IMG/VR virus record: IMGVR_UViG_3300042503_000209
Span: 1 to 64,000 of that record
Length of the DNA: 64,000 bases
DNA from: a virus
Reading direction: 5' to 3' (one strand)
Position 1 is the stretch's first letter, and the number at the start of each line of letters is the position of its first letter. The notes under the pieces were generated by a model, which worked only from the letters and a program-made list of their open reading frames with translations, had not been told where the DNA came from and did not search any database. A program made the position numbers and the translations under genes. Positions 17,563 to 25,626 of the stretch are shown here, piece after piece.

Positions 17563-18293
17563 TACTTGTCAAAGATTCCTTTTTTAACCATACGGTCAAG
17601 GATTCTTGCACAAGCAATATCTAGAGCTTTCTTAGTAGCAATAGAAATAGAAGATTGATTAAATTTAACAGGATCTAAGCTTGCATCTGATAAACCAGAT
17701 GTTTCCTTAGTAGTTTTAGCTTCACCTAAACCAGAGCCGGATATAACGGTCCCTGTTTCAGCATTTGTGAATCTCACCTGAAGACCAATACGTGTTACTA
17801 ACAGTTGCTTAGTATCACCCTTTATACTTACAGATTCATCTTCTGAAATAGAGTAATCATAGCATTCTATGGTAACAAAGTACTCAGCTAGGTTAATCTT
17901 ACCTCTTCCATCTAATTTGTTTTCTGATATACCTGCTTGAGAAGCTTGAAACTGTTTAACCATACGGTTCTTAATTTCAGTTTTATCTTCTGTAAACTTA
18001 AATCTGTTTAGATTCTCCAGGTATTCCATAGATATGTTAGCCACACCTAATCCAACACGCTTTTCTTTAAGTTCTGGATAAAGTTCATACATATCATCAG
18101 AAATACCGCACTTTAGAATCTGGATAGGAATCTGCTTACCCTCATAGTCAAGGAACTGACTAATATCAATAGACTTTTCAAAATCTGCTTTATAATTCTC
18201 AGTAGTAGTCTTAGCTACCTGAGAAAAACCAGCATGCCCCACGAGGAGCATGCCGGAAAAAAACATAAACCAAACAAAATATTTCTTTTTCAT
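17562..18293 (-). CDS. CsgG/HfaB-family protein
   Basis: Signal peptide; LGVANISMEYLENLNRFKFTE..AEYFVTIECYDYS..IGLQVRFTNAETGTVISGSGLGEA..ATKKAL follows the CsgG alpha/beta core pattern. Confidence 0.7.
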   Translation of the reverse strand: MKKKYFVWFMFFSGMLLVGHAGFSQVAKTTTENYKADFEKSIDISQFLDYEGKQIPIQILKCGISDDMYELYPELKEKRVGLGVANISMEYLENLNRFKFTEDKTEIKNRMVKQFQASQAGISENKLDGRGKINLAEYFVTIECYDYSISEDESVSIKGDTKQLLVTRIGLQVRFTNAETGTVISGSGLGEAKTTKETSGLSDASLDPVKFNQSSISIATKKALDIACARILDRMVKKGIFDK

Positions 18294-18511
18294 ACCTTTA
18301 ATTTATTAGAGTATTTGGATAGTAGCCAGTACAGCAGCCAAAATACCCCTGACAAGCAGTAGAATATGATATCGGTAGCCCAAAAGCTCCCAGTAACGTT
18401 TAAGAGCGTCTTGAATAAAAGATCGTATCCCAACGGTAGGAAAAACATGGCTAGCATTAAGCTTATATCTTTGAGAGAGTTTACTCTCCTCAGCGTGTTT
18501 CTTTTGTTCAT
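18290..18511 (-). CDS. small two-TM membrane protein
   Basis: 73 aa, LAMFFLPLGYD..W.TDIIFYCLSGVFW; ATGA overlap with the CsgG-like gene. Confidence 0.7.
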   Translation of the reverse strand: MNKRNTLRRVNSLKDISLMLAMFFLPLGYDLLFKTLLNVTGSFWATDIIFYCLSGVFWLLYWLLSKYSNKLKV

Positions 18512-18535
18512 CAGGATCCATGTGAGTTAATTAAG

Positions 18536-19153
18536 TTAAACAATATCTTTTATCTTGCCACACTTAAGACATTCTTCATCTCCGTCTCCATCAGCGTCAC
18601 CCCAAACGTGCTCACACTGACGGTGTGCAAAGTATTCATCAATCTTACCATCACCATCAAAATCAAGACCGTCCATAACACCGTCTCCATCTTCATCAAT
18701 TTCTACACCTTTTTTAGCAGGTGCAGCTTCTGGAGCTTTAGTTTCTGCGGTGATTGGTTCTTTATTCTCCGCAGCTTTTGCGGCAAATGCAGCAAATGTT
18801 GGATCTACTAATGATCCACCTTCAGATTTAGGAGACTCTTTCATATCATTAGTATGTGATAATGATACACCGTCTTCCTCATCCATCTTCTGTACAAGCA
18901 TTTTGTCTTTGTCTGTATCAGAGAACCAGTAGTCAATGATTTTACCATAAGAGCCAATAAAAGCTCCTAGTAACAATAACAAAAGTTCTTTCCATTCACC
19001 CTGGATTGCAGTACCATAAGTGATAGCGGTAAAGATACCTGCTATAATAAGCATAAATGAACCAAGTACTAACGCTGTAATAAACCAGCGTCTCATCATC
19101 ATAGAGCTAAGTAGTTCCTTAAAACCACCAGGTTGTTGTGTGTTGTTTTCCAT
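18536..19153 (-). CDS. two-TM membrane protein with DxDxDG Ca-binding repeats and Cys/His tail
   Basis: Two TM helices ending IIDYWFS; DEDGDG, DFDGDG and DADGDG; CEH..CLKC. Confidence 0.75.
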   Translation of the reverse strand: MENNTQQPGGFKELLSSMMMRRWFITALVLGSFMLIIAGIFTAITYGTAIQGEWKELLLLLLGAFIGSYGKIIDYWFSDTDKDKMLVQKMDEEDGVSLSHTNDMKESPKSEGGSLVDPTFAAFAAKAAENKEPITAETKAPEAAPAKKGVEIDEDGDGVMDGLDFDGDGKIDEYFAHRQCEHVWGDADGDGDEECLKCGKIKDIV

Positions 19154-19170
19154 ATATTTATATTAATTAA

Positions 19171-19488
19171 TTACCACTTTGGAGCTTCTTCCTTAAACTC
19201 GTCACCATCTTTTTTCTTTACAGGTTTAGCGGGTTCTGCAGGTTTAGCTACTTCTTTTTCTTTAATAACAACTGTCTTACCACCTCCACTAGCTTGCTGA
19301 GCTTGCTGGTTAGAGTTAGTAATGTTAATAACTGGAGCAGGTGCTGTAGCAGGAGCTGCTTCTTTATCTCCTCCACCAAGTAATGTAGTTAACCAAACGC
19401 CACCGGCTGTAGCTACAGTACCTAAAATACCAATCACAGTCTTCTTAAGACTTGACCAGGTTCCTTCTTGTTCTTGTTCTTCTGACAT
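19171..19488 (-). CDS. single-TM protein with Pro/Gln-rich tail
   Basis: One TM segment, APAPVINITN, QQAQQ. Confidence 0.75.
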   Translation of the reverse strand: MSEEQEQEGTWSSLKKTVIGILGTVATAGGVWLTTLLGGGDKEAAPATAPAPVINITNSNQQAQQASGGGKTVVIKEKEVAKPAEPAKPVKKKDGDEFKEEAPKW

Positions 19489-19494
19489 AATATT

Positions 19495-19872
19495 CTATTT
19501 TATAATTATTGGATGTTTTACTTCTTTACCGTTTATATCTATAAAGATAAGGTCATAATCTTGCTTAGCGAGCTGCTTAAGATCAAATACTTTTTTAGTT
19601 ACTTCTTCTGTAGCAGTGAAGCCTTCTTTCTTAACAGGCTCTTCTTTACCAAAAGGTATAATCAATACAGAGTATTTAGCACCTACAGTGGTTGCAAATT
19701 CAGCTGTAACAATATTACCACTTTGTGTAATAGATTTGATACTTGTAGATGTAGACTGTACACCTAGATTAATAGGTGTAGGATCTTCTAATTCAATCTT
19801 AGTACAAGAATATATTACAAAAATTAATATAAAGAACAAGTATAAACCTAGTATTTTATTTGTCTCTTTCAT
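19495..19872 (-). CDS. lipoprotein with T9SS-CTD-like Ig fold
   Basis: Hydrophobic signal ending IYS-C; C-terminus FDLKQLAKQDYDLIFIDINGKEVKHPIIIK. Confidence 0.6.
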   Translation of the reverse strand: MKETNKILGLYLFFILIFVIYSCTKIELEDPTPINLGVQSTSTSIKSITQSGNIVTAEFATTVGAKYSVLIIPFGKEEPVKKEGFTATEEVTKKVFDLKQLAKQDYDLIFIDINGKEVKHPIIIK

Positions 19873-19873
19873 G

Positions 19874-22003
19874 TTAAAAGTTATTATATCCTGTTAATTT
19901 AATTTGAGTTGAGTTAAGATTGATATCCAACTGATTTCCTTTCTGATCTGCAGCATCCATTAGTTGACTAACTCTTACAGATGTAAGAATATCTACACCG
20001 TTACCAATAGTACTAAACTTAAGTTTAAAAGGAATTTTAGTTCCAGTGATAGATTCAGTATTGTTCTTATCTAGTGCACCAAACTTAACACGTCCGTCTT
20101 TAGAGCTAGCAAATACATACCAAGTATTTGGTACGTTAGCTAACAACTCTTCAAACTTAATCTTAGTAGGGTCAAATGTAAATTCAAACTGAAGACCACT
20201 TACTGATCCACCTTTGGTATCCACTGTAACAGGAATTTCAATACTATTGGATGTCACTGTAAGATTTACAAGGTTAACATCAATAGATTTTACATTTGTA
20301 GTAGTATTAATATTAGTTCCGGTGCTGTTAGATTGTACAGCCATAGTTCTAAATGCCGTATTAGTAGCTAAACTATTAACAGCATTAGTTTGTACGGTTG
20401 TAGTTCCACCTGAACTAGTAAGCACTTGTGAAGAGTGTGATCTATTTACATCACCCCATAAAAGATACTTGAGATCTAAAATAGCATTAGTACCAGGAGT
20501 TCCAGTTCTAAAGAAAGTTCTTGGTGTTGTAATATTTTTCCAGTTAGCTGCAGTGATAGCTCCCCAAGAAGAGTTAACTGAAGTGTTAAACTCAAATTCA
20601 GCTTTTAAAGCATAATCTACGTTCTGATTATTAATATTACGTATAGAAGATACATATAAAGAAGTGCCATCTTTTGCTTTAATAAGTGTTGAAGGTACAG
20701 TGTATTGGGCCCATGTACCGTCATTAGATACATATTCAACAGGTCCTGTATAAATATCAAAAAGCTGTACACTTCTAATACTATTAGGTGTTACACCACT
20801 AGAAAACTCTCTCATATCTATACGAAGAGTACTAGAAGACGAGCCCGGAGTAACATAGGCCCATTCAATTTGACCAGCAAGTGTAGTAGCATCAGATGCT
20901 TTCCATGTTGGAAGAGACATAAAACTTCCACTTCCTGCAGTGTAGCCATTAGGAAGCATAAATAATGTATCTATACCTGCTACTTGTGCAAGTAATTGAG
21001 GAAGATCTCCTCCATCTATTGACTTATTACGATTAATATCTGCAGCATATAATGATTGTCCAGTTATAATACTTTGGCCATTAGAACCATCTAGACCCAT
21101 AGATGTAAATTCACCTTGAGCTGTAGTAAAATCAGATATAGTGATTGCATTACCGTATATGTTATACAGTTTATCCATTTCATGCATCACGGAAACCTCA
21201 TACACTTTATTATCTGCTAAAGAAGATTGATTAATATCAACTTCTCCTGTAGATGTGATTGGGAACAACACACCTTGGTTAGTAAGTGTATCTCTAAAAG
21301 AAACTCTTAAGTTAGATATATTAAATAAGTTAGAGTTAAGATCTACTTTAGCTGAAACATATTTACCAAAGTTCTGATTCATTACAACTGCTGTACTAAG
21401 AGGTTGCTCCATAATTGTAGCATCCCATGTTCCATCAGCTTTCCAACCAGCTACAAAGTTTAGTTTAATAGGATTAAATGTATAAGCTGTAGAAGTAGCT
21501 TTAAGTCTAAATTTAATTCTAATAAAATCACTATACCCATTATAAGGCATAGCTGATGTAGTAGACCAAGTAAGAGTTGCTCTTAAAATAGCATTAGGTC
21601 CACCTGCACCATTAAAAGTATAACTAGCATACTGATAGTTAGTAGTACCATTACTAGTATTATTAGCTGCAGAACCAGATGTTACTGAATTCCAAGTGTA
21701 GTTGGGATAGTTATTAAATGATAACTGGATAGTAGAGTTTTGAGGAAGGATACCACCGTTACCCCCTGTACCGGTATGGTTAACAGATACAAGCTCAAAA
21801 TTTACTTGATCATACATAACATCAAATAACAACTGACGTGTAGTGTTGTTATTCATACCATTACCATAAATAATATAATCAAAAGTGTCTCCTCTATTAA
21901 GAGAAGCTCCACCTATAGAAGTACCTGCTTTAAATTTTTGTTGAGCAAAAGATTGCAGCGTACATACCAACAAAACCGTAACAAAAAATAATACTTTTTT
22001 CAT
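19874..22003 (-). CDS. secreted cohesin/dockerin-like domain protein
   Basis: SPI signal peptide (SFA-QQ); N-terminal cohesin-like domain (LLFDVMYDQVNFELVSV); ITISD..AADINRNKSIDGGDL..WGDVN; C-terminal cohesin-like IEIPVTV..SGLQFEFTFDPTKIKFE. Confidence 0.7.
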   Translation of the reverse strand: MKKVLFFVTVLLVCTLQSFAQQKFKAGTSIGGASLNRGDTFDYIIYGNGMNNNTTRQLLFDVMYDQVNFELVSVNHTGTGGNGGILPQNSTIQLSFNNYPNYTWNSVTSGSAANNTSNGTTNYQYASYTFNGAGGPNAILRATLTWSTTSAMPYNGYSDFIRIKFRLKATSTAYTFNPIKLNFVAGWKADGTWDATIMEQPLSTAVVMNQNFGKYVSAKVDLNSNLFNISNLRVSFRDTLTNQGVLFPITSTGEVDINQSSLADNKVYEVSVMHEMDKLYNIYGNAITISDFTTAQGEFTSMGLDGSNGQSIITGQSLYAADINRNKSIDGGDLPQLLAQVAGIDTLFMLPNGYTAGSGSFMSLPTWKASDATTLAGQIEWAYVTPGSSSSTLRIDMREFSSGVTPNSIRSVQLFDIYTGPVEYVSNDGTWAQYTVPSTLIKAKDGTSLYVSSIRNINNQNVDYALKAEFEFNTSVNSSWGAITAANWKNITTPRTFFRTGTPGTNAILDLKYLLWGDVNRSHSSQVLTSSGGTTTVQTNAVNSLATNTAFRTMAVQSNSTGTNINTTTNVKSIDVNLVNLTVTSNSIEIPVTVDTKGGSVSGLQFEFTFDPTKIKFEELLANVPNTWYVFASSKDGRVKFGALDKNNTESITGTKIPFKLKFSTIGNGVDILTSVRVSQLMDAADQKGNQLDINLNSTQIKLTGYNNF

Positions 22004-22647
22004 TATAATAGTTTAGTTATCAATGTGACAGATGCTTTTTTCAAAGCAGAACTCAAATTTTGTTGGTTAAATTTCCCTCCTTCGTCTATAAGTACAGCAG
22101 ACATAGAAACTTCATCAGCTGATTCTTCTACGACCACCTTTTTTTCAAGTTTACCGTCTTTGTATAACTGACCACGTAAACGTATAACTACAGATTCTTT
22201 GTTGTTATGTAATACAGAGAAACTAGATTGTGTCTTTAGTACATCTAGATAGATAATTTCTACAGCAAGTTTAAGATTAGCTGACTTATCAAGTTCATAC
22301 TCTTTATCTTGTAGAACCTCTTCTAGAATGTTTTTAATTCCAAACTCTAAATTTCTGTTCCCGGCAAGGGAACCAACTACTACCTTATTGGTAACAGAAG
22401 ATATATCTATCTTCTTAGGTTCTTCATACCAAATACTTCTAGGATCATTAGCCCAACGTCCATCAAATGTTACGTTAAACCAATCTACAATAGCCCTGGT
22501 TGTTTCTGTTTTACCTGAAAACTCCAAGTATACCATGTACACTTGGAATGATAAAGCAAACATTACCCATAAACATACTAATCCAAGAAATAACTTTGCA
22601 ATAAAGTCCCCTACTTTATTGGAGTAATTAATAATAACTGCTCTCAT
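22003..22647 (-). CDS. membrane-anchored CsgG-like alpha/beta protein
   Basis: N-terminal TM; LEFGIKNILEEVLQ..LAVEIIYLD..VVIRLRGQL..FNQQNLSSALKKA parallels the 17562..18293 protein. Confidence 0.55.
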   Translation of the reverse strand: MRAVIINYSNKVGDFIAKLFLGLVCLWVMFALSFQVYMVYLEFSGKTETTRAIVDWFNVTFDGRWANDPRSIWYEEPKKIDISSVTNKVVVGSLAGNRNLEFGIKNILEEVLQDKEYELDKSANLKLAVEIIYLDVLKTQSSFSVLHNNKESVVIRLRGQLYKDGKLEKKVVVEESADEVSMSAVLIDEGGKFNQQNLSSALKKASVTLITKLL

Positions 22648-22676
22648 AACATATTTATTATAGAGAGCTTAGAATC

Positions 22677-22802
22677 TTACCTTCCTTGCCCTCTGTATTT
22701 ACTAACTTTTTTATCTTTTGGACCGCTTGTTTTACGCATACGTCCAGTTCTTCTTTTACCAAAGCTGATCTTCTTTGATTCAGCTCCTTTACTTTTAGCC
22801 AT
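22677..22802 (-). CDS. 41-aa highly basic peptide ending KYRGQGR
   Basis: Manual translation MAKSKGAESKKISFGKRRTGRMRKTSGPKDKKVSKYRGQGR. Confidence 0.7.
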   Translation of the reverse strand: MAKSKGAESKKISFGKRRTGRMRKTSGPKDKKVSKYRGQGR

Positions 22803-22814
22803 AATGTGTTGGTT

Positions 22815-23414
22815 TTATGCAAGTAATGCGTGATATTCCTTAAAATGTTTGATACGATCAGCTAAACCAATAGTACCACCGTTAACTCTTTTAGTAATCT
22901 TAGTTACTACTTCTGTACTAGATCCTGTATCTGCAATAAGATTAAGACCATTCTTCTTCCAGAACCATGCAGCAGAAGCTAAAGCATGTTTAGTAGATAC
23001 TAAATCTGGATTAGCAAGAATATCATCTTCTACAGCTAGATCAAATGCAGTATAGTTTTGTTTACCCGTGAGCTGGATATAGCCTCTTCCACGGAACTTG
23101 AACCCCTCTCCTGATGCTTCAGGACCATTACCCATACGATTACCATATACTTTATTAGCAATCTTTTCAGGTTTACGAGCATAAGCATCAGCTAGTGCTT
23201 GTGTAGGAAAGTATTTCTTAAAAATACCCATAAGACCCTTAGCAGAATAGTTAAGATTTTCTTGAGTTAATCTAAATCCACCTGATTCATGACCACATTG
23301 TGCTAAAAAATGTGCAAGACGCAATGGTGTATTAACACCAAACTTTTCCATAACGCCTGGGATCTGTCCAATAACAGTATCCGGAACGTGTCCTTTTAAT
23401 CTATCTAAGTTCAT
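22815..23414 (-). CDS. endolysin, glycoside hydrolase family 19
   Basis: LAHFLAQCGHESGG, ENLNYS, FRGRGYIQLTG and ITKRVNGG. Confidence 0.95.
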   Translation of the reverse strand: MNLDRLKGHVPDTVIGQIPGVMEKFGVNTPLRLAHFLAQCGHESGGFRLTQENLNYSAKGLMGIFKKYFPTQALADAYARKPEKIANKVYGNRMGNGPEASGEGFKFRGRGYIQLTGKQNYTAFDLAVEDDILANPDLVSTKHALASAAWFWKKNGLNLIADTGSSTEVVTKITKRVNGGTIGLADRIKHFKEYHALLA

Positions 23415-23429
23415 ATGTATAATTGTTTG

Positions 23430-23561
23430 TTACTTCTTCTTCTTAGGAGCAGCTTTAGGAGCTACTTTCTTAACTTCTTTCTTAATCTCTGCTACAGCAA
23501 CAACTTTTTGAATTTTGCTACCAAACAAGAACTTCTTAACTAATTCAATAATCTTTTTCAT
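23430..23561 (-). CDS. 43-aa Lys/Ala-rich basic peptide
   Basis: Manual translation MKKIIELVKKFLFGSKIQKVVAVAEIKKEVKKVAPKAAPKKKK. Confidence 0.6.
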   Translation of the reverse strand: MKKIIELVKKFLFGSKIQKVVAVAEIKKEVKKVAPKAAPKKKK

Positions 23562-23562
23562 A

Positions 23563-24189
23563 CTATTTATTTTTTTTACCAATCTTCCAGTAAGTCTGGA
23601 ATCCATAAGAAATATTTCCGTTTATATCAGATCCGGCTTTAAGTCCGTAGATCTTATCTTTTTTAGTTTTTAGGATGACACCTGCTTCTGCAGCTTGTAA
23701 TCCTAATGTTTGTGAAGTACTTATACCGCCTCCTACATACAATTGTGTTTTAGCTGGAGCCTGGTTAGTAATTGTTACTGTCTTAGTAACAAATGGGATC
23801 TTGTAATCATATTTCCAAGAGCGTCCCTTAATCTTATTTTCTTGAATACTATCAGTAACTACAACATATCCAAGTGTATCTAGTCTCACACTGTCAACAT
23901 AAATTGCTAAAGCAGTGTACATTTTAACTAGATTATCAAATTGTATCTTTAGAGCAGCATAATTAGTATCAGCTAGATACTCAGTTTTACCTGCAATGAA
24001 TAAACTATCATGAATAATCTTAGCCGGCAAAGGTTTAGAATAAATCAAACTATCTTTTTTTACCCATGTAGTATCATGTACTACTAGTGTATCTGAAGTA
24101 GGTTTATCACCTCCACCTACGCAACCTTTGTTTTGTAAAAGAACAAAGACTACTAAAACTCCTATAATGAAGATGTATATCTTATTCAT
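23563..24189 (-). CDS. putative spanin-like envelope protein
   Basis: N-terminal hydrophobic segment followed by Cys, DT-rich stalk and C-terminal amphipathic strands; lies between the holin-like genes and the endolysin. Confidence 0.55.
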   Translation of the reverse strand: MNKIYIFIIGVLVVFVLLQNKGCVGGGDKPTSDTLVVHDTTWVKKDSLIYSKPLPAKIIHDSLFIAGKTEYLADTNYAALKIQFDNLVKMYTALAIYVDSVRLDTLGYVVVTDSIQENKIKGRSWKYDYKIPFVTKTVTITNQAPAKTQLYVGGGISTSQTLGLQAAEAGVILKTKKDKIYGLKAGSDINGNISYGFQTYWKIGKKNK

Positions 24190-24424
24190 CCGTTTTCTTT
24201 TTTAGTGAGAACTTATCCCCGGTGTCTCCAATAAGAGCTGCAATACAGATGTACATAACAGCATCTACTAAAGCATCAGATGGTTTAATATCTCCATGAC
24301 TAAAGCTATTAGCTGTTAAAGTGATACACAAAAATAAAGCACACATAAAACCTACTACTGGTTTAATAGAAGTAGATCCACGCTCATCTTTAAATAAGTC
24401 TAACACCCATTGCTTAAAAGTCAT
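24182..24424 (-). CDS. putative holin (two TM)
   Basis: 80 aa, two TM helices, basic C-tail, lysis context. Confidence 0.6.
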   Translation of the reverse strand: MTFKQWVLDLFKDERGSTSIKPVVGFMCALFLCITLTANSFSHGDIKPSDALVDAVMYICIAALIGDTGDKFSLKKKTDE

Positions 24425-24710
24425 ACTTAATTGTTTTTAGTTTAAAAGCTTTATCATCAGGTAGCACTGCTACAACTGTTTGATACTCAGGTAGTTGTTT
24501 TGTTGGTGCTATAGGAGCACTTGTAGATTTAAATAACTGACGTTCTAAGTTATCAATCCTAGTCTTGTCTATATTAGACTGAGCCATTAGCAACTTAACA
24601 TCAGCTTTAATTTCATTTACATCATTCCAGATTAACAAACTAACAAGTGACACTAAAGATGGGAATATCCACACCTTAAAAGCAGCTATAGATGGATTTT
24701 CTCTAGTCAT
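24414..24710 (-). CDS. single-TM coiled-coil protein (holin/antiholin-like)
   Basis: TM segment then EIKADVK..RIDNLER coiled coil. Confidence 0.55.
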   Translation of the reverse strand: MTRENPSIAAFKVWIFPSLVSLVSLLIWNDVNEIKADVKLLMAQSNIDKTRIDNLERQLFKSTSAPIAPTKQLPEYQTVVAVLPDDKAFKLKTIKYDF

Positions 24711-24722
24711 TTTTACTTAAGA

Positions 24723-25004
24723 TTAGACTGTTTTTAACAATTTAAACTCATATACAGACCCTTGAGGTTTTTCTAAGCTGATAGTCAATGAGTTAGGAAT
24801 AATGTTACCAGATCTATCTTTACGTACAAAATAACGTAAGCTTGATGGTTGAGGAACCACTGCTTGCCCAGCTCCAGCTGTAACGTTTTGAGCAGGGATT
24901 GATACAGAATCTTTAGGAATGCTGCTTGTACCAGGTACAGACATCATAGTACCCGGAATAGGGAACCCTAAAGCATCTTTTTGGGCATAAAATTTCTTAG
25001 CCAT
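24723..25004 (-). CDS. hypothetical protein with internal duplication
   Basis: FYAQKDALGFPIPGTM versus YFVRKDRSGNIIPNSL. Confidence 0.7.
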   Translation of the reverse strand: MAKKFYAQKDALGFPIPGTMMSVPGTSSIPKDSVSIPAQNVTAGAGQAVVPQPSSLRYFVRKDRSGNIIPNSLTISLEKPQGSVYEFKLLKTV

Positions 25005-25091
25005 GATATAATTTATTTATAAATAAACGTTTAAAGTGTAGTTTTTCTATAAACCCTACATTATAATATACAAAATATTGAGGAATTATCC

Positions 25092-25099
25092 TAGATTTG
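25092..25099 (+). promoter_or_regulatory. Bacteroidota -7 promoter element for the replication operon
   Basis: TAGATTTG 20 nt upstream of ATG 25120, in the divergent intergenic region. Confidence 0.5.
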
Positions 25100-25119
25100 T
25101 TTATAAAACATCCGACATT

Positions 25120-25626
25120 ATGGAAAGTAAAAAGTATGCGTATGCTCTGCAGGAAAAACTGGTTTCTCAGTTCAGACAGACATTCTATGAAAAAATGGGA
25201 TATTATCCCATAGTAATTACAGAAGTGATTGACCATGAAGGTAGTTATACGCCTCTTATGACGTTACAAAAACTTAAAAAACTGTTTAACATCTTTTTAC
25301 CTACAAAGAATGGTAAGAAGTTACCACTTGAAAGTAAATCAAGATGTAGGGAACTTGTAGAACTAAGACAAATCTATTGTTCTATAGCTAGAAGTATGAA
25401 GTATTGTCTTAAAACCATAGGTGAAACACTTGGTAATAGAGATCACACTACAATAATTCATAATGTAACTGCTTTCAATAACCTATATGAGACTAATTAC
25501 GAGTTTCGTCATAAGTATGCAACCATTATTAAATATATAAAAGATAATCATGAGCCTTCAATTATGGACTACGTGCAGGAAGTACAATATGAGCCCGAAC
25601 CAGATGTTCCTTCTGGATTGCTATAG
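25120..25626 (+). CDS. DnaA C-terminal (domain IV) DNA-binding domain protein
   Basis: RCRELVELRQIYCSIAR..LKTIGETLGNRDHTTIIH matches the DnaA signature. Confidence 0.8.
   Translation: MESKKYAYALQEKLVSQFRQTFYEKMGYYPIVITEVIDHEGSYTPLMTLQKLKKLFNIFLPTKNGKKLPLESKSRCRELVELRQIYCSIARSMKYCLKTIGETLGNRDHTTIIHNVTAFNNLYETNYEFRHKYATIIKYIKDNHEPSIMDYVQEVQYEPEPDVPSGLL

Noticed and set aside
16751-21000. Antisense or alternate-frame ORFs (e.g. 16751..17065, 16890..17246, 18306..18521, 19322..19558, 20214..20615)
   Set aside because: Shadows of real genes and of low-complexity codon repeats.
16225-22647. Calling the module a curli (csg) operon or a cellulosome
   Set aside because: No curlin-repeat subunit, no CsgE/F-like gene and no glycoside hydrolase cargo; only shared folds are suggested.
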